DNA from: an uncultured virus (IMG/VR IMGVR_UViG_3300025769_000102)
Lineage: Duplodnaviria > Heunggongvirae > Uroviricota > Caudoviricetes
Strand: one strand, 5' to 3'
DNA length: 64,000 bases
IMG/VR virus record: IMGVR_UViG_3300025769_000102
Position 1 is the stretch's first letter. Each line of letters starts with the position of its first letter. Both the position numbers and the translations under genes were made by a program. The notes under the pieces were generated by a model. It made no database searches. It was not told the origin of the DNA and was given only the letters and a program-made list of their open reading frames with translations. This document shows, piece by piece, positions 35,426 to 46,351 of this stretch.

Positions 35426-37825
35426 TTATAAGCTTAACCCTTTTCTAATTACATCATCTGTAAAATATCTTAAAGATTCTTTACCACCTTCTGCTATTGC
35501 AGTAGCTTTAATCCATTCAAGCATATTTGGATTTTTAACTGAATCTTTAATGCTAGTTAATCCTTGACTTTCGGCAATTATTTTAGCATAATTTTGCAAA
35601 TGAGGCATAAGCTTTTTATTCTTTTTATAGTATTCTTTTTCTTTTGGTTCTGAAGCATATCTATTTACATACTCTTCAATAGAATTAGTTGCGGATATGT
35701 TTTTCTCAATAACTTTAGCAAGTGCTCGAACACCCATTTCTGGAGTTTCAAACACTGCAAATGTTTCTTTTGTATTTAAATTAGTTTGACCTTCCCATTG
35801 ATTTGAAGATATATTTTTAATATTCCCTAAGTTGTTGTTTCTTACATTTAAACTATCTGATGAGTTAGTTGGGATACGTTTACTTACTGAAGATAAATCT
35901 AATTTTTTAATTTTATCTACATCTGTAATTGGCTTTTGTTTTTTAGGTGGATTTTTTTCTTCATTAACAAACCCTTCGTACTCTGGGCTCATCTTTATAG
36001 CACTCTCCATTTCTTTTGCGTACACATCTTGCCACCCATCTTCCTCTAAATCAATCTCAACTTTATCACCATTTGGTTTTGTTAAAAGTAAAGCGTCACT
36101 ACCAACATTAGTTTCCTCTAAACCTATACCTAACTTAGATAATCTTTTTAAATAACCACCCGATAAATTATCCATAAAATCTTCTTCCGATATATCAGAG
36201 TCTACATTTTTTATTGGATTAATAAGGTCCTTTACAATTGCAGCTTTAGGTATTTTTTTCCCTGGCTTAATAACACCTCTGACATCTTGTCCAAAAATAT
36301 CAAGCAAATTCCTTTCGGCTAGTCTTGCCCCTTCATCGGTATTTAAATTCATCGTTAAAATAAATTCATCATCTTTATCAAAAACATCAATATCTCCAGA
36401 TTTGTCATTTCTTACCTGAAAAATAGGTACATCTTTTATTCCTTGTAACGTAGAAAAATCTATCTCTTCATACCTTCCCTCCTTTGCAAGCGAACTATTT
36501 TTTTGAATTTCAGAAGATATAGATTCGGCTCTTTGACCTCTTGGTTTTCCTCTTACATATTCAGGGGCATTACTTTTTGTTTCTGTAGGTTTGTTTAAAG
36601 CACCATAAAGTTTTAAAGCGTTATCCACCCCTACTTTCCTTATTTTATCTTTCATCTCTTCGCTATAGCCATTATCTGGATATTTTGTAAAATCCCTAAC
36701 AAGCTCATCTTCAGATATAAGAATTTCTTCCCCATACTCTACCTCTCCTTTTTCATTTCTACCTTTTACTGGCTTGTGAACATAGTATTTTTTACCATCA
36801 ATTTCTCTTGTTTCTTTTACATTAGTTCTAATGTAGTCAAAAAGCTCTGGTCCTTTAAATCCAAACCAAGTATTCATAGTTGCGTTTACGGATGGAGTTA
36901 CTGCTGCGGTTGCATTAGCTATATCTACAGCTTTTCTCTCAACTAAAATTGAAATATCTTGACCTCCTTCTACTTTTTCAGTTCTTAATTGTTTCCCGTA
37001 ATTTTTACTGTATTCTTTGGTAAACTCACCTTTATCTATAACCTTATCTTGTTGTAGTTGATAAGCAATTCCAACTCCATTTTCACTACCGTCACCTGCT
37101 AAATCTGGTACTGTATGGAAAACGTGATAGTTATTAGTGCTTACCCCCTTTGCTGTTGTTTGTTCTTTTAATTCTCTTGTAGATATTTTATAGGAGTCAC
37201 CTTCTATACCCATCTCTTTATTTAGTTGTGCTATTTCTGGACCAGATGTAACATAAAATACATCATTCCCAACAACCTCATAACTATTTCTTGCGTTAAT
37301 ATTGTTTCCTGGTTTTTCAACATTAATCATAACTAAAAGCCTTGGGTCAGTAGATGAACTTATAGAGCCACCTTTTGAATCCATACCACCTTTTAACATT
37401 GCATCGTTAAAAATTGAAAACACAGATTCTTTTGCAGCAAGTTGCAGACCTAATTCGTAGTTTGTAAAATTTTCAAACTCTCTAATTTTAATTGCATCTT
37501 CCTCCATACCTTCGTATGGTTCTTTTGCCATATTATATCTAGCTGCCGCTTCTTTAAACTCCTTTGTTCTTGGCTCAAGTGCACTAAGTAAACTTTCAGA
37601 ATTTACTTTATTTTCTGTAGCAACCTTTGCTACATTTGAGGAAACTTCAGATTCGTATTGATTTATCTTTTTTGTTAATTCAAAGTTTTTTTGTTTATTA
37701 GCTGCTGCCATTGCAGCATATTTAGACATAGTTTCACTTATGCCCGAACTTACATCTTTTATCTGCTTAACAAAAGCATCTCCTAAAGTTGTATCTACTG
37801 TTGACCTTGGATTTCTATAGCTCAT
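35426..37825 (-). CDS. Internal virion protein with C-terminal lysozyme-like domain
   Basis: RNNNLGNIK...FAVFETPEMGVRAL...YVNRYA...NY...I...E; position between tail genes and giant protein. Confidence 0.7.
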   Translation of the reverse strand: MSYRNPRSTVDTTLGDAFVKQIKDVSSGISETMSKYAAMAAANKQKNFELTKKINQYESEVSSNVAKVATENKVNSESLLSALEPRTKEFKEAAARYNMAKEPYEGMEEDAIKIREFENFTNYELGLQLAAKESVFSIFNDAMLKGGMDSKGGSISSSTDPRLLVMINVEKPGNNINARNSYEVVGNDVFYVTSGPEIAQLNKEMGIEGDSYKISTRELKEQTTAKGVSTNNYHVFHTVPDLAGDGSENGVGIAYQLQQDKVIDKGEFTKEYSKNYGKQLRTEKVEGGQDISILVERKAVDIANATAAVTPSVNATMNTWFGFKGPELFDYIRTNVKETREIDGKKYYVHKPVKGRNEKGEVEYGEEILISEDELVRDFTKYPDNGYSEEMKDKIRKVGVDNALKLYGALNKPTETKSNAPEYVRGKPRGQRAESISSEIQKNSSLAKEGRYEEIDFSTLQGIKDVPIFQVRNDKSGDIDVFDKDDEFILTMNLNTDEGARLAERNLLDIFGQDVRGVIKPGKKIPKAAIVKDLINPIKNVDSDISEEDFMDNLSGGYLKRLSKLGIGLEETNVGSDALLLTKPNGDKVEIDLEEDGWQDVYAKEMESAIKMSPEYEGFVNEEKNPPKKQKPITDVDKIKKLDLSSVSKRIPTNSSDSLNVRNNNLGNIKNISSNQWEGQTNLNTKETFAVFETPEMGVRALAKVIEKNISATNSIEEYVNRYASEPKEKEYYKKNKKLMPHLQNYAKIIAESQGLTSIKDSVKNPNMLEWIKATAIAEGGKESLRYFTDDVIRKGLSL

Positions 37826-37837
37826 ATTTTTATATTT

Positions 37838-38470
37838 TTATTTTGCTTTTTTAGAGCCTGCTTTTTTAGAGCCTGCTTTTTTAGAGCCTATAGAGCTTAA
37901 CCCATAAGCCCCTCCCATAAGGCCTTCTGCGGCTAAGTCTCCAATAGCTTGTTGAGCTAATATTTGATTATTACTAGACGCTCTTTCTTGAGCATTTGCT
38001 TGGTCAGTTAAAGCCGCTTGTCTATCAAGCTGACCCTCCTCTCTTCTTTCTCTAGCATTGAAGGCATACAACTCTCCTTCTGCTCTCATTTTTTCATTAT
38101 TTGCTTCTTGTTGCTCTATGTTTGCAGATACATCTTTTTTACTTTGTAATGCAGCTTGTGCAAGTGCGGTAGCACCACCAGCCGCAGCACCAGTTGCTCT
38201 AATTGCATCTAGGGTGTTAGCTAAAGCAATGTCTGTTTGCTCTATTTGCATCTCGGCAGCCTGTGTTGCTACTCCAATATTTGCAAAAGGATTTGTTACA
38301 TCTTGCCTAGAATTTTCTAGTTGAGTTAATTTTTCTCTCATTTGAGTTGCGTGTGCTGCATCATCTGATGCTTGTTTTCTCATTGAGTCGTAAGTTTTAA
38401 GCGAGGTGTATAATTTAATTCCAACCCCTGCTAAACCTAAAACTCCTGATGCTATTTGTGCTGCTGGCAT
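37838..38470 (-). CDS. Internal virion/ejection protein
   Basis: Hydrophobic N-terminus, Ala/Gln-rich, GAAAGGATALAQAA; GSKKA x3 tail. Confidence 0.65.
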   Translation of the reverse strand: MPAAQIASGVLGLAGVGIKLYTSLKTYDSMRKQASDDAAHATQMREKLTQLENSRQDVTNPFANIGVATQAAEMQIEQTDIALANTLDAIRATGAAAGGATALAQAALQSKKDVSANIEQQEANNEKMRAEGELYAFNARERREEGQLDRQAALTDQANAQERASSNNQILAQQAIGDLAAEGLMGGAYGLSSIGSKKAGSKKAGSKKAK

Positions 38471-38484
38471 ATTATTTTATTTTT

Positions 38485-40173
38485 TTAAGATTTTACAAAA
38501 TTTGATGATACTGCAAATAAATTCTTTTGACCACCTAAATCTGTTGTGTTGTCTGTACTTATTTTTACTGTAGAGTAAAACCCTTTTATTCCACTCATAC
38601 TAGAGCCTGGAAGAACTTGTCCTGGCATTCCTTGAGGAATATTTGAATTATTAGATAAGGCCCCTTTGTTGATTAAGTTTGCAACATACTTGTTTTCTTT
38701 TAAGTTAAAACCAACTCTGTATGTTATCCCTGCCTCTAAGTAAGCCCCTTCGTTATAACTTTTTATTTCCGATGACTCATCCCTGTAATTAGAGTTTAAA
38801 GTATTTACTAACAAAGCTCCCGTTGGGTCTGATAAGAAATAATCTACTTGCCATCCGTTTGTTCCTTCATAGCTTACTGTCTGAAAGTTTTTAGATACAG
38901 ACACCATTGGATTAAATGATAATTGAACAGATGTTGGATTGTACACTCCATAGAAAGTCCCCCTATTATTAATTACACTTTCATCGTAATGTTTCCATAG
39001 AGAGCCACCTTTTGTTGTATAATAAGAGTTATTTAATGTACCACCAAAGCTTGGGTCATAATCCCAAAAGCTAGTCCATCCATTATTACTTTCGTTAAAA
39101 GAAAGAGTTTCATAGGCGTAAGATGTTGCTTCCCAATTCTGCATAGATACAACGTACTTGTCGTAGTAGTTGTCGTATGCCCCTACAACCCTGTCCATTA
39201 CACTACTTGATAGTATTACAGTAGACCCTAATGCAATAGTTGATGTTATGTTATCGTTTAGCGTTATTATTTTATTTATTTCGTCTATGTCAATAATGTA
39301 TAGCCCTGTTGGAAGTATGCCATCCCCTGATAAAGACATACCGTACTGAACTCTATCAAACGTATTAGTGTCCTCATCTAAATTTGACAATGTTAATTGA
39401 TTAGGAGATACAGCTGCTACGATTAACTCAACTTGAATTGTTTGTAAGTTTTCAGATATATTTGATAACGTATCACGGAAGTAGTCTCTCATACCATAAC
39501 TACTTATTTCTGTAAGACCATCTCTAGACAACCTCATTATAGCTCCTCTGTTTTTATCAGAGAAATACATTCTACCACCTTTAAAAGCAAAAGATTCTGG
39601 ATTGTCACTTATACCATACTCCCCGTTGTATTGATTTATTTGACCAAGTACAAGCTGTGACGCTGTAAGTGCAGGGTTTCCATCTGCTGTGTAGATTGCG
39701 TCCTTGTCTATTAATGCGTTACTAACCTTATCCTCTTGAAAGATTATTAAGTTAGTGTCTGTTGTGAATAGCCTTTGTATTGAACCATACCTAGGGTCAA
39801 CCTCTTTAGTTATGTTTTCTGCTGTAGAAAATACATTGGTTTCATTAATACCAGTTCTAGAGTTGTATATTCCAGAGTATATTAATCCGTTAGTAAGCCT
39901 TAACTCAGAATCTTCAGACTCTGATATATAAGCCTTTGCTCCAAAATCAACTTGTTTATTGTTGTATCCACCCCTTATCCTTGACTCTTCAATATACCAA
40001 GACACTTGATTAGCAAGGGTATCATCCCACGCTAACAAAGGAAACTTTGGATACCCTACTGGGTTCCAGGGTAATGAAGGCCAAGTAGCCTTGCCAGCAG
40101 CCCCGCTATTTTCTTCTACAACTTTCTTTACTAAAAAAGAATTGAAGTATGTTATTTCTTTTAAAAATCCCAT
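38485..40173 (-). CDS. Tail tube/stabilisation (nozzle-like) protein, part 2
   Basis: YGSIQRL, YGISDNPESF, YFSDKNRG..RLS.DG, GWTSFWDY; podovirus tail position. Confidence 0.65.
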   Translation of the reverse strand: MGFLKEITYFNSFLVKKVVEENSGAAGKATWPSLPWNPVGYPKFPLLAWDDTLANQVSWYIEESRIRGGYNNKQVDFGAKAYISESEDSELRLTNGLIYSGIYNSRTGINETNVFSTAENITKEVDPRYGSIQRLFTTDTNLIIFQEDKVSNALIDKDAIYTADGNPALTASQLVLGQINQYNGEYGISDNPESFAFKGGRMYFSDKNRGAIMRLSRDGLTEISSYGMRDYFRDTLSNISENLQTIQVELIVAAVSPNQLTLSNLDEDTNTFDRVQYGMSLSGDGILPTGLYIIDIDEINKIITLNDNITSTIALGSTVILSSSVMDRVVGAYDNYYDKYVVSMQNWEATSYAYETLSFNESNNGWTSFWDYDPSFGGTLNNSYYTTKGGSLWKHYDESVINNRGTFYGVYNPTSVQLSFNPMVSVSKNFQTVSYEGTNGWQVDYFLSDPTGALLVNTLNSNYRDESSEIKSYNEGAYLEAGITYRVGFNLKENKYVANLINKGALSNNSNIPQGMPGQVLPGSSMSGIKGFYSTVKISTDNTTDLGGQKNLFAVSSNFVKS

Positions 40174-40187
40174 TTTTTTATATTAAC

Positions 40188-43100
40188 TTAAGATAATGAA
40201 CTCCCATAAACTCTAACATACACAGATATTTTATTCCATCCCTCACTGCCAATACCATAAGACCCATTAGAATAATTCGTAGAGTCTCTAACTTTCAATA
40301 CTAATTTGTAAACCACATCTCTAAAAGTTCCTATAGGAGTTACTTGGACTTTATTAAACCATTGTAATCTGCTTCTTACTGCTTGTATCTCAAGGTTTCC
40401 GTTTTGGTTAACCAACAAACTAAAAGTATTTATTCCTTCAAGAACTTTTTGGTCTCTATTTTCAGGTACTACACGTTGAATATATTCTTGGTCTGTTATA
40501 TCCACCCATTTAGAATATTGAGAGCCATTAGGGTCAAAGGGAATAATCCATTCATCCCAGTATAAAACATTCTCTATCACATATGACATTCCTTCTTTGT
40601 CCAAAAGAGGACTTAATGCTCCATTTCTAAAGTCAAGAACACCTATAGTTTCATTAAAAGCAACAAAGCTAGAAAGTTTTGTTGTATATATTTGATGACC
40701 TAACCTATATTCGTATTGTCCTAGAGGGTTTTTCCACTCCCTACTTCTAAAGCCTCCAAAAAACTTCTCTGCATAAGTCCAATCATAATAGGAGAAATCA
40801 ATAGTTGTCACTGGAGATACAAGTTTAGGAAAAACATTTTGTAACCTACTTGAACCATAATCTTGTATTATTCTTTGGCTAGTAACTAATCCAGTTGCAA
40901 TATCTGTTGTTGTAAACTCAAAAACAAATTTCCAATTATCAACCTGATAACTATTGCTTTTGTATACAAAGTTTGCGTTTGGTCCAGTTTCTATTTGAAA
41001 TTTTTTGTTAGCAGTTTGCTTTAGTATAAAAAGTTTATTATCAACAACAGATTCATTAACACCGTTAACAACATCAACAATCTTACCTGTTAAAGTTATA
41101 GTTGAGTCTAAAGCTTTTTGAGATAAAGATAACCCTTGATTAGTTAATATATCAAAAGAGTTTAAACTTATAATTGTGCTAGGGGCTGTTGATTCGGTTA
41201 AATTAAAAGACCACCCATCTATGGATGCTGGAATCAACTCAGTTACAGCTGTTTCTATTGATTGATTTAGTTCAGATATTAATCCTGACGTTCCTGTCTC
41301 GTAAAATATATCTAAATTAGATTCTACTGGAGCCGTTTCGTAAACATTAAGCCTTGTTAAATTAAAAGAAACTTGAGAATTATTTGTTAAATCAGGCCCA
41401 ACGTTATCTCCTCCAGTTGCTCCTATTAATTTTTGCGTTGACACCTCTCCAATGTATGGGTTTGCACCTGTTTGTGTTGATAATACAGGGCCTCCTGATG
41501 GAGAAGGAATGCTATAAAATGGAGAAACGGTGTATGGCTCTCCATCTACCATTTTATCTAACCCAATTTCATTCCTAGTTCCTATTAATGTAACTTTATC
41601 AGGAGTTGTATTTGGGATAAACTGCTTAGATGTTGGTTCTGTTCCATCCCACTCATTGTTATAAACCCTGCCAAATAAATTTACTGAACTTGAAAACTGC
41701 AAGTCTTGTGCCCCCACTTCTTTTAAATCTCTTGGAACCTTATTTATGTTGTCTGAAAATAAAGTTATAAATGCAGTGCTTTGTGATTTTGTAGGTACTG
41801 GTGTAACTGGTGTTGGATTAGGAGGGTCAAGTTGTTTTCCTGCATTTTCTTGAGGGTAATTATTTAATATTGTTGGTAAAAAAACATTGTAGTAGTCTTG
41901 TTCTTTTTGTTGGACAACAACCTTGTATGTATACCAACCCAAAGGATTTGTTTCACTATATAACCCTGCATATCCTGGGACATCTAACAACTCTGGTATT
42001 TTAGATATAAAGTCTACCTTTAAAGAGCTTCCTCTGTAAATACTTTTTTCAGTTGCAGAATCAGTTATAAAGTCTCCTGGAGTATTTCTATACTCACAAT
42101 ACACAGTAGAATTTTTAGACGTAATAACATCAGATTGTCTTCCAAACTTATCAGCTAAAACAATACCTACCTTATAAGACCTGTTTTGTTTTAACACACT
42201 ATTTGGGTACTCTAGTTCACTAAAAGAATTAAAGTTACCTAATTTATTTTTTTCGCTAGTTGTAGCAATATAGTTTATTGAGTTTGGCCTTGCAGTCCTA
42301 ACTAAGTAGTTACCATAAATTACTCTATTACCAGTCACCTCTTGGGTTTTAGCTCTAATAGGAGTTTTGTCAGAAGCCCTAGTAGAATCGTTTGTTGGTA
42401 GCGTCTTTACAGGTGACTGAGAAGAGTATTTATATGAAATAGTATCAGAGTCCTCTAACCTTAAATCTGAGTTAGATATAGTATCTAATACTTGAATAGA
42501 TGTTTTGTCTGACTCTTTATAAAGTATATCTATTTCTTGAACTTTTAAGATGTCAACTAAAGATTCTCCATTAGGTATATCTTCTGGTAGTGGTATAATT
42601 AACTCAGCTTGATTTATTTTATTTTCAAAAAAACTAATGATAGTGCTTTTTACTGCATTGTTTTCGTCTGAATTTGCGTCATCATCATTTATGTTAGATG
42701 GAACTGAATCTTCTAAAAAATACCCATCTTGATTTGGTATAAATGCAATCTGAGAGAACGGTGCAGATAAAGAGTATTCGTTGTTGTCATACTTAAATCT
42801 GTAGCTAAATCTTATAAACTTGTCAGATAAAAAATTAGAGTCCCCATTAAATGTATTACTATAATAAGGATTTGCACCAAGAGTGACTATGTCATCTTGT
42901 TGAATTTCAGATATTTCCGTATGAGTTATTGTAAGGCCATCAATAGATACGTCAGTTATAGTTATACCTGATAAAGCATTAAATCTTTCCTGAGAGTTTG
43001 GTGGCGGCTGAACTGCTGATATTGTTGCACCTACCCAATTACCACTAATAGCAGATGCAACCGTAAACTGAGTGTTACTTATTTTAGTAGCAACCGTAAC

Positions 43101-44045
43101 CGTAGCAGCTCCTGGAAGGTTTTTAGATGTAACATCTTTAAGAGTTGATTCTTTTTTAATGTTATCTTTTGAAACCTTTAATACAATAGGATTATCTAAT
43201 ACAAGAGTTGGAATAGCTGATATAGTTATCGTATCTCCTTCGTTAAACCCTTGACCTCCAGAGTCAATTACGATAACGCTACTAACAAAGTCATTAGTAA
43301 AAAAAACTTTCAAAGTAGCCCCACTTCCAGAGCCACTTGTATCATATGAGGTTACTTCGTATCCTGAACTACTAGCTCCAACGACATTAACTGTATCAAT
43401 TATTTCTAAACGTGAGTTTACTTGCAATGCATAAGGAACTTCTGTTTCTTCATTCTTTAAAAAACTAATTGGCTTCCAAGGGTAATACCTAGACACAGAT
43501 ATGTCTTCTTCTTTTGAGTAGTAAACATAAGTAGAACCACCAGCCCTTGCGTTAGCATTTTCAATAGCGGTTTTTACATTTATTTTTCTTGGTTGATTTC
43601 TGTCGTCTGTAAAAAACAGTAAGTCTTCTAGCAAGTTAATACCAAGTATTCTTTTATTTTTTGCAAAGTTTAAAAAACTTCCACTAACCAAAACAGTTCC
43701 CTGAGCAGAGTTAAGGTCATACAAACAAATGTAGTGACTTGATGTTGATGGAGCGTAGTGAGAAAGTCCATCAGAAGATGTGTCGTTCCAGTCAGTTATA
43801 AAAGCAAAAATTCTATTGTTTGTACTATCTATATAAAAACCAATTATTTCTAAATTAACACCTGTTAATCCGAAGTCAGTTAGCAAAACATTACCACTAA
43901 CATTTTGTAATAAACCAGAGTCACTACCCTCAGAATTTATTATTGCCGCATTTCTTGCGTCTATGTACTCTTGGTTTGAAATCATCCTTGGGTTAAGGTC
44001 TTTGTTCATCTTAGCCCCGACAAATATATTTTTAACTTCTGGCAT
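40188..44045 (-). CDS. Tail stabilisation (nozzle-like) protein, part 1
   Basis: KMNKDL.PR...EY.DA.N, LFFTD.RNQPRKIN, RFSYRFKY..NEYS..APFS, GNRVIYGNY, YKVGIVLADKFGR. Confidence 0.7.
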   Translation of the reverse strand: MPEVKNIFVGAKMNKDLNPRMISNQEYIDARNAAIINSEGSDSGLLQNVSGNVLLTDFGLTGVNLEIIGFYIDSTNNRIFAFITDWNDTSSDGLSHYAPSTSSHYICLYDLNSAQGTVLVSGSFLNFAKNKRILGINLLEDLLFFTDDRNQPRKINVKTAIENANARAGGSTYVYYSKEEDISVSRYYPWKPISFLKNEETEVPYALQVNSRLEIIDTVNVVGASSSGYEVTSYDTSGSGSGATLKVFFTNDFVSSVIVIDSGGQGFNEGDTITISAIPTLVLDNPIVLKVSKDNIKKESTLKDVTSKNLPGAATVTVATKISNTQFTVASAISGNWVGATISAVQPPPNSQERFNALSGITITDVSIDGLTITHTEISEIQQDDIVTLGANPYYSNTFNGDSNFLSDKFIRFSYRFKYDNNEYSLSAPFSQIAFIPNQDGYFLEDSVPSNINDDDANSDENNAVKSTIISFFENKINQAELIIPLPEDIPNGESLVDILKVQEIDILYKESDKTSIQVLDTISNSDLRLEDSDTISYKYSSQSPVKTLPTNDSTRASDKTPIRAKTQEVTGNRVIYGNYLVRTARPNSINYIATTSEKNKLGNFNSFSELEYPNSVLKQNRSYKVGIVLADKFGRQSDVITSKNSTVYCEYRNTPGDFITDSATEKSIYRGSSLKVDFISKIPELLDVPGYAGLYSETNPLGWYTYKVVVQQKEQDYYNVFLPTILNNYPQENAGKQLDPPNPTPVTPVPTKSQSTAFITLFSDNINKVPRDLKEVGAQDLQFSSSVNLFGRVYNNEWDGTEPTSKQFIPNTTPDKVTLIGTRNEIGLDKMVDGEPYTVSPFYSIPSPSGGPVLSTQTGANPYIGEVSTQKLIGATGGDNVGPDLTNNSQVSFNLTRLNVYETAPVESNLDIFYETGTSGLISELNQSIETAVTELIPASIDGWSFNLTESTAPSTIISLNSFDILTNQGLSLSQKALDSTITLTGKIVDVVNGVNESVVDNKLFILKQTANKKFQIETGPNANFVYKSNSYQVDNWKFVFEFTTTDIATGLVTSQRIIQDYGSSRLQNVFPKLVSPVTTIDFSYYDWTYAEKFFGGFRSREWKNPLGQYEYRLGHQIYTTKLSSFVAFNETIGVLDFRNGALSPLLDKEGMSYVIENVLYWDEWIIPFDPNGSQYSKWVDITDQEYIQRVVPENRDQKVLEGINTFSLLVNQNGNLEIQAVRSRLQWFNKVQVTPIGTFRDVVYKLVLKVRDSTNYSNGSYGIGSEGWNKISVYVRVYGSSLS

Positions 44046-44051
44046 ATTATA

Positions 44052-45212
44052 TTATTTTATCCACTTAGATTTACCTCTCATAAGCTGCGTAAGCTCACCA
44101 ATTTTAATGTTAGATAACCTTATCTTAGCGTTTCTTAACTTTGCACTCCTCTCTCTTTTTAATCTATTAACGATGTACTCAGGTTGGTTAATTCTTGTAG
44201 AAATAATTGCGTGGCTTATATGGGCATACATAGCGTCTTCTATCATCTTCGGGACTCTAGTATCCAAGTCATACGCTAAACCGTCTGAGATGTACTCTAT
44301 GACGATTATACGGCCTTTTAAATTGCTTGAGAAAGTAAACACTCCTCTTACCTCATCAATTCCAAACCATCCGTTATTTTGAGTTAGTACAGGGTCTGCT
44401 CCATATCTTTGTCCGTATGCTCCTCCCCAATATAAACTGTTAGCGTACATATCGTCAACATTGTATCCTGCATTTATAGACTCTTCAGTGTATAGCCCAG
44501 TTACTTTTTTAGTGTCTGCTGCTCTCCATCTTTCCACCGTTTGAGATGGGTCTGTGTTTACATTCTCCCCAAGATTATCTTGAACAATTTCACTTGTTGA
44601 GTCTTGTTCAGGAGCTTCTGCTGGATTTATTGTAAGGTTTGTATTTGGGTATATGATTCTTTTTACACCTAAGTCATCAATCCAAGATAGCCTAACGTAG
44701 TTCACATAGTCTTGTGGTATAACTGCTGTTAGACTTGGCGATATAGTTAGCTCTTGTGACTTAATACTTTTTAGTGTGTCGTAACTAAACTCTTGCATTC
44801 CACGTTTTGCGTGAAATATTATGTCAGTTCTTTTAGCACTTGGTATAAGCTTCCCTGCTCCAACGTAAGCAACGATAAAGTTATTTATGACATCATTTAA
44901 CGATGTGTACTGATAACCTCCGTAGTTCCCTTCTTTTGCTGTTTCAATAAGACTTACAACAACTGCGGCATCGTTAATAGGTGCTACATCGAATGTAATT
45001 GTATTTGTTGCAGATAAGGTATAGTTAGTTACAATTATTCCATTAACTGTTACAGAAAAGTTTGTATTAGAAACACCTGCTACCGTTGCAACTAAATCAG
45101 TGTTAAATGTGCATATAAAAATTCTGTTGACTGCATCTCCAGTAAAAGCCTGCTGTCCAGCGTAGTATTGTGCATTAGTTTCGGTGATTAAACCACCATT
45201 TGGATTTGGCAT
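44052..45212 (-). CDS. Tail adaptor/ring protein
   Basis: FHAKRG.QE.SYD, PQDYVNYVR, EYISDG; position after capsid genes. Confidence 0.65.
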   Translation of the reverse strand: MPNPNGGLITETNAQYYAGQQAFTGDAVNRIFICTFNTDLVATVAGVSNTNFSVTVNGIIVTNYTLSATNTITFDVAPINDAAVVVSLIETAKEGNYGGYQYTSLNDVINNFIVAYVGAGKLIPSAKRTDIIFHAKRGMQEFSYDTLKSIKSQELTISPSLTAVIPQDYVNYVRLSWIDDLGVKRIIYPNTNLTINPAEAPEQDSTSEIVQDNLGENVNTDPSQTVERWRAADTKKVTGLYTEESINAGYNVDDMYANSLYWGGAYGQRYGADPVLTQNNGWFGIDEVRGVFTFSSNLKGRIIVIEYISDGLAYDLDTRVPKMIEDAMYAHISHAIISTRINQPEYIVNRLKRERSAKLRNAKIRLSNIKIGELTQLMRGKSKWIK

Positions 45213-45218
45213 ATCTTA

Positions 45219-46280
45219 TTAGCTTTTTTCGTTTATTTCATCTCTCTGTACTTGGCTTGCAGCAACCTGCACAATCTGTGGGTCTTTTATTACAACACCA
45301 AAGTAAAATAATGTTCTAAGTATAAAGTTAGTCTGCTCAGATACATCAAGTTCAATTTGAGTGGAACCATATGTGCTGTTACCATTAAAGTCTGATGCCT
45401 GTAAAAGAATTTCAACAGGACCACTAGCTAAAGGTGTTCCAAAAACACTTTCATCTACAGTTATTTGTTGACCTCCTGATGGAAGATAGTTTATTCCTGG
45501 AGCGTTAACACCAACACTTGAAACAACTCCGTTTAATATTGTAATTGAAATATCTAACCCAGAACCTGGACCAAAAGAGTTCCACTCAGGGTACAAAGGG
45601 TCATTAACAATTCCTCTATAAGTTCCGTCTATAGGATAATTTGTAACAGAACTAATTACACTATTTGTTAATGAGTTAGGCCCTGTATTTACAGATGTTA
45701 CGTTGTATACATTACTGTCGTATATGTATTGTCCAACACTACCAACAGAGTACCCCCATCTAGGTTCAGAAGGTATTCTTAAGTAGCTAACACCTATTGA
45801 AGATGTTATTGTACTTGGCTTTACATAAAGCCTATTATTCTCAAGTAAGTATGTTGGAAATGATTCTGTAGATTTTGTTAGAGGAGATTTTTGGATGTTG
45901 TAGAACTCCATTCTTTGAAGTCTTTGTAGTTCAACTTCGTCTTTGTATGTTACAGCCCCTAGTCTGTAAATTGGTAAGTCCTTACCTGCTTCTTTTAATT
46001 CAAAGTATATATCAGATGGAACATTTGCATTATACGTTGTACCACTAAATGTTTTAAATATTGAAATCTTTTCATCAATATTGGCAATCCTGTCTGCGTA
46101 ATCTGTATCACTTTGAGGAACCCTTAACTGTTGGTTTAAGTCATCACAGTACTGCTCAAAAATTTCTAATTGAACTTGGTTAGATATTCTATTAAACTCA
46201 TCTGGAGTAACATATCCCCTTTCCTCTTTGTTAAGTATTAATAATACAGTCTTATATACCGTATCTATATTTATTGCCAT
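45219..46280 (-). CDS. Tail adaptor/ring protein
   Basis: VYKTVL.ILNKE.RGY.TP.EFN; YLR.P..P.WGY. Confidence 0.65.
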   Translation of the reverse strand: MAINIDTVYKTVLLILNKEERGYVTPDEFNRISNQVQLEIFEQYCDDLNQQLRVPQSDTDYADRIANIDEKISIFKTFSGTTYNANVPSDIYFELKEAGKDLPIYRLGAVTYKDEVELQRLQRMEFYNIQKSPLTKSTESFPTYLLENNRLYVKPSTITSSIGVSYLRIPSEPRWGYSVGSVGQYIYDSNVYNVTSVNTGPNSLTNSVISSVTNYPIDGTYRGIVNDPLYPEWNSFGPGSGLDISITILNGVVSSVGVNAPGINYLPSGGQQITVDESVFGTPLASGPVEILLQASDFNGNSTYGSTQIELDVSEQTNFILRTLFYFGVVIKDPQIVQVAASQVQRDEINEKS

Positions 46281-46351
46281 ATTAATATTTTGTTTTATTT
46301 ACAAAAATAGGCCAACCGAAGTTGACCTACCCCTGTAAATATAGTTACATA

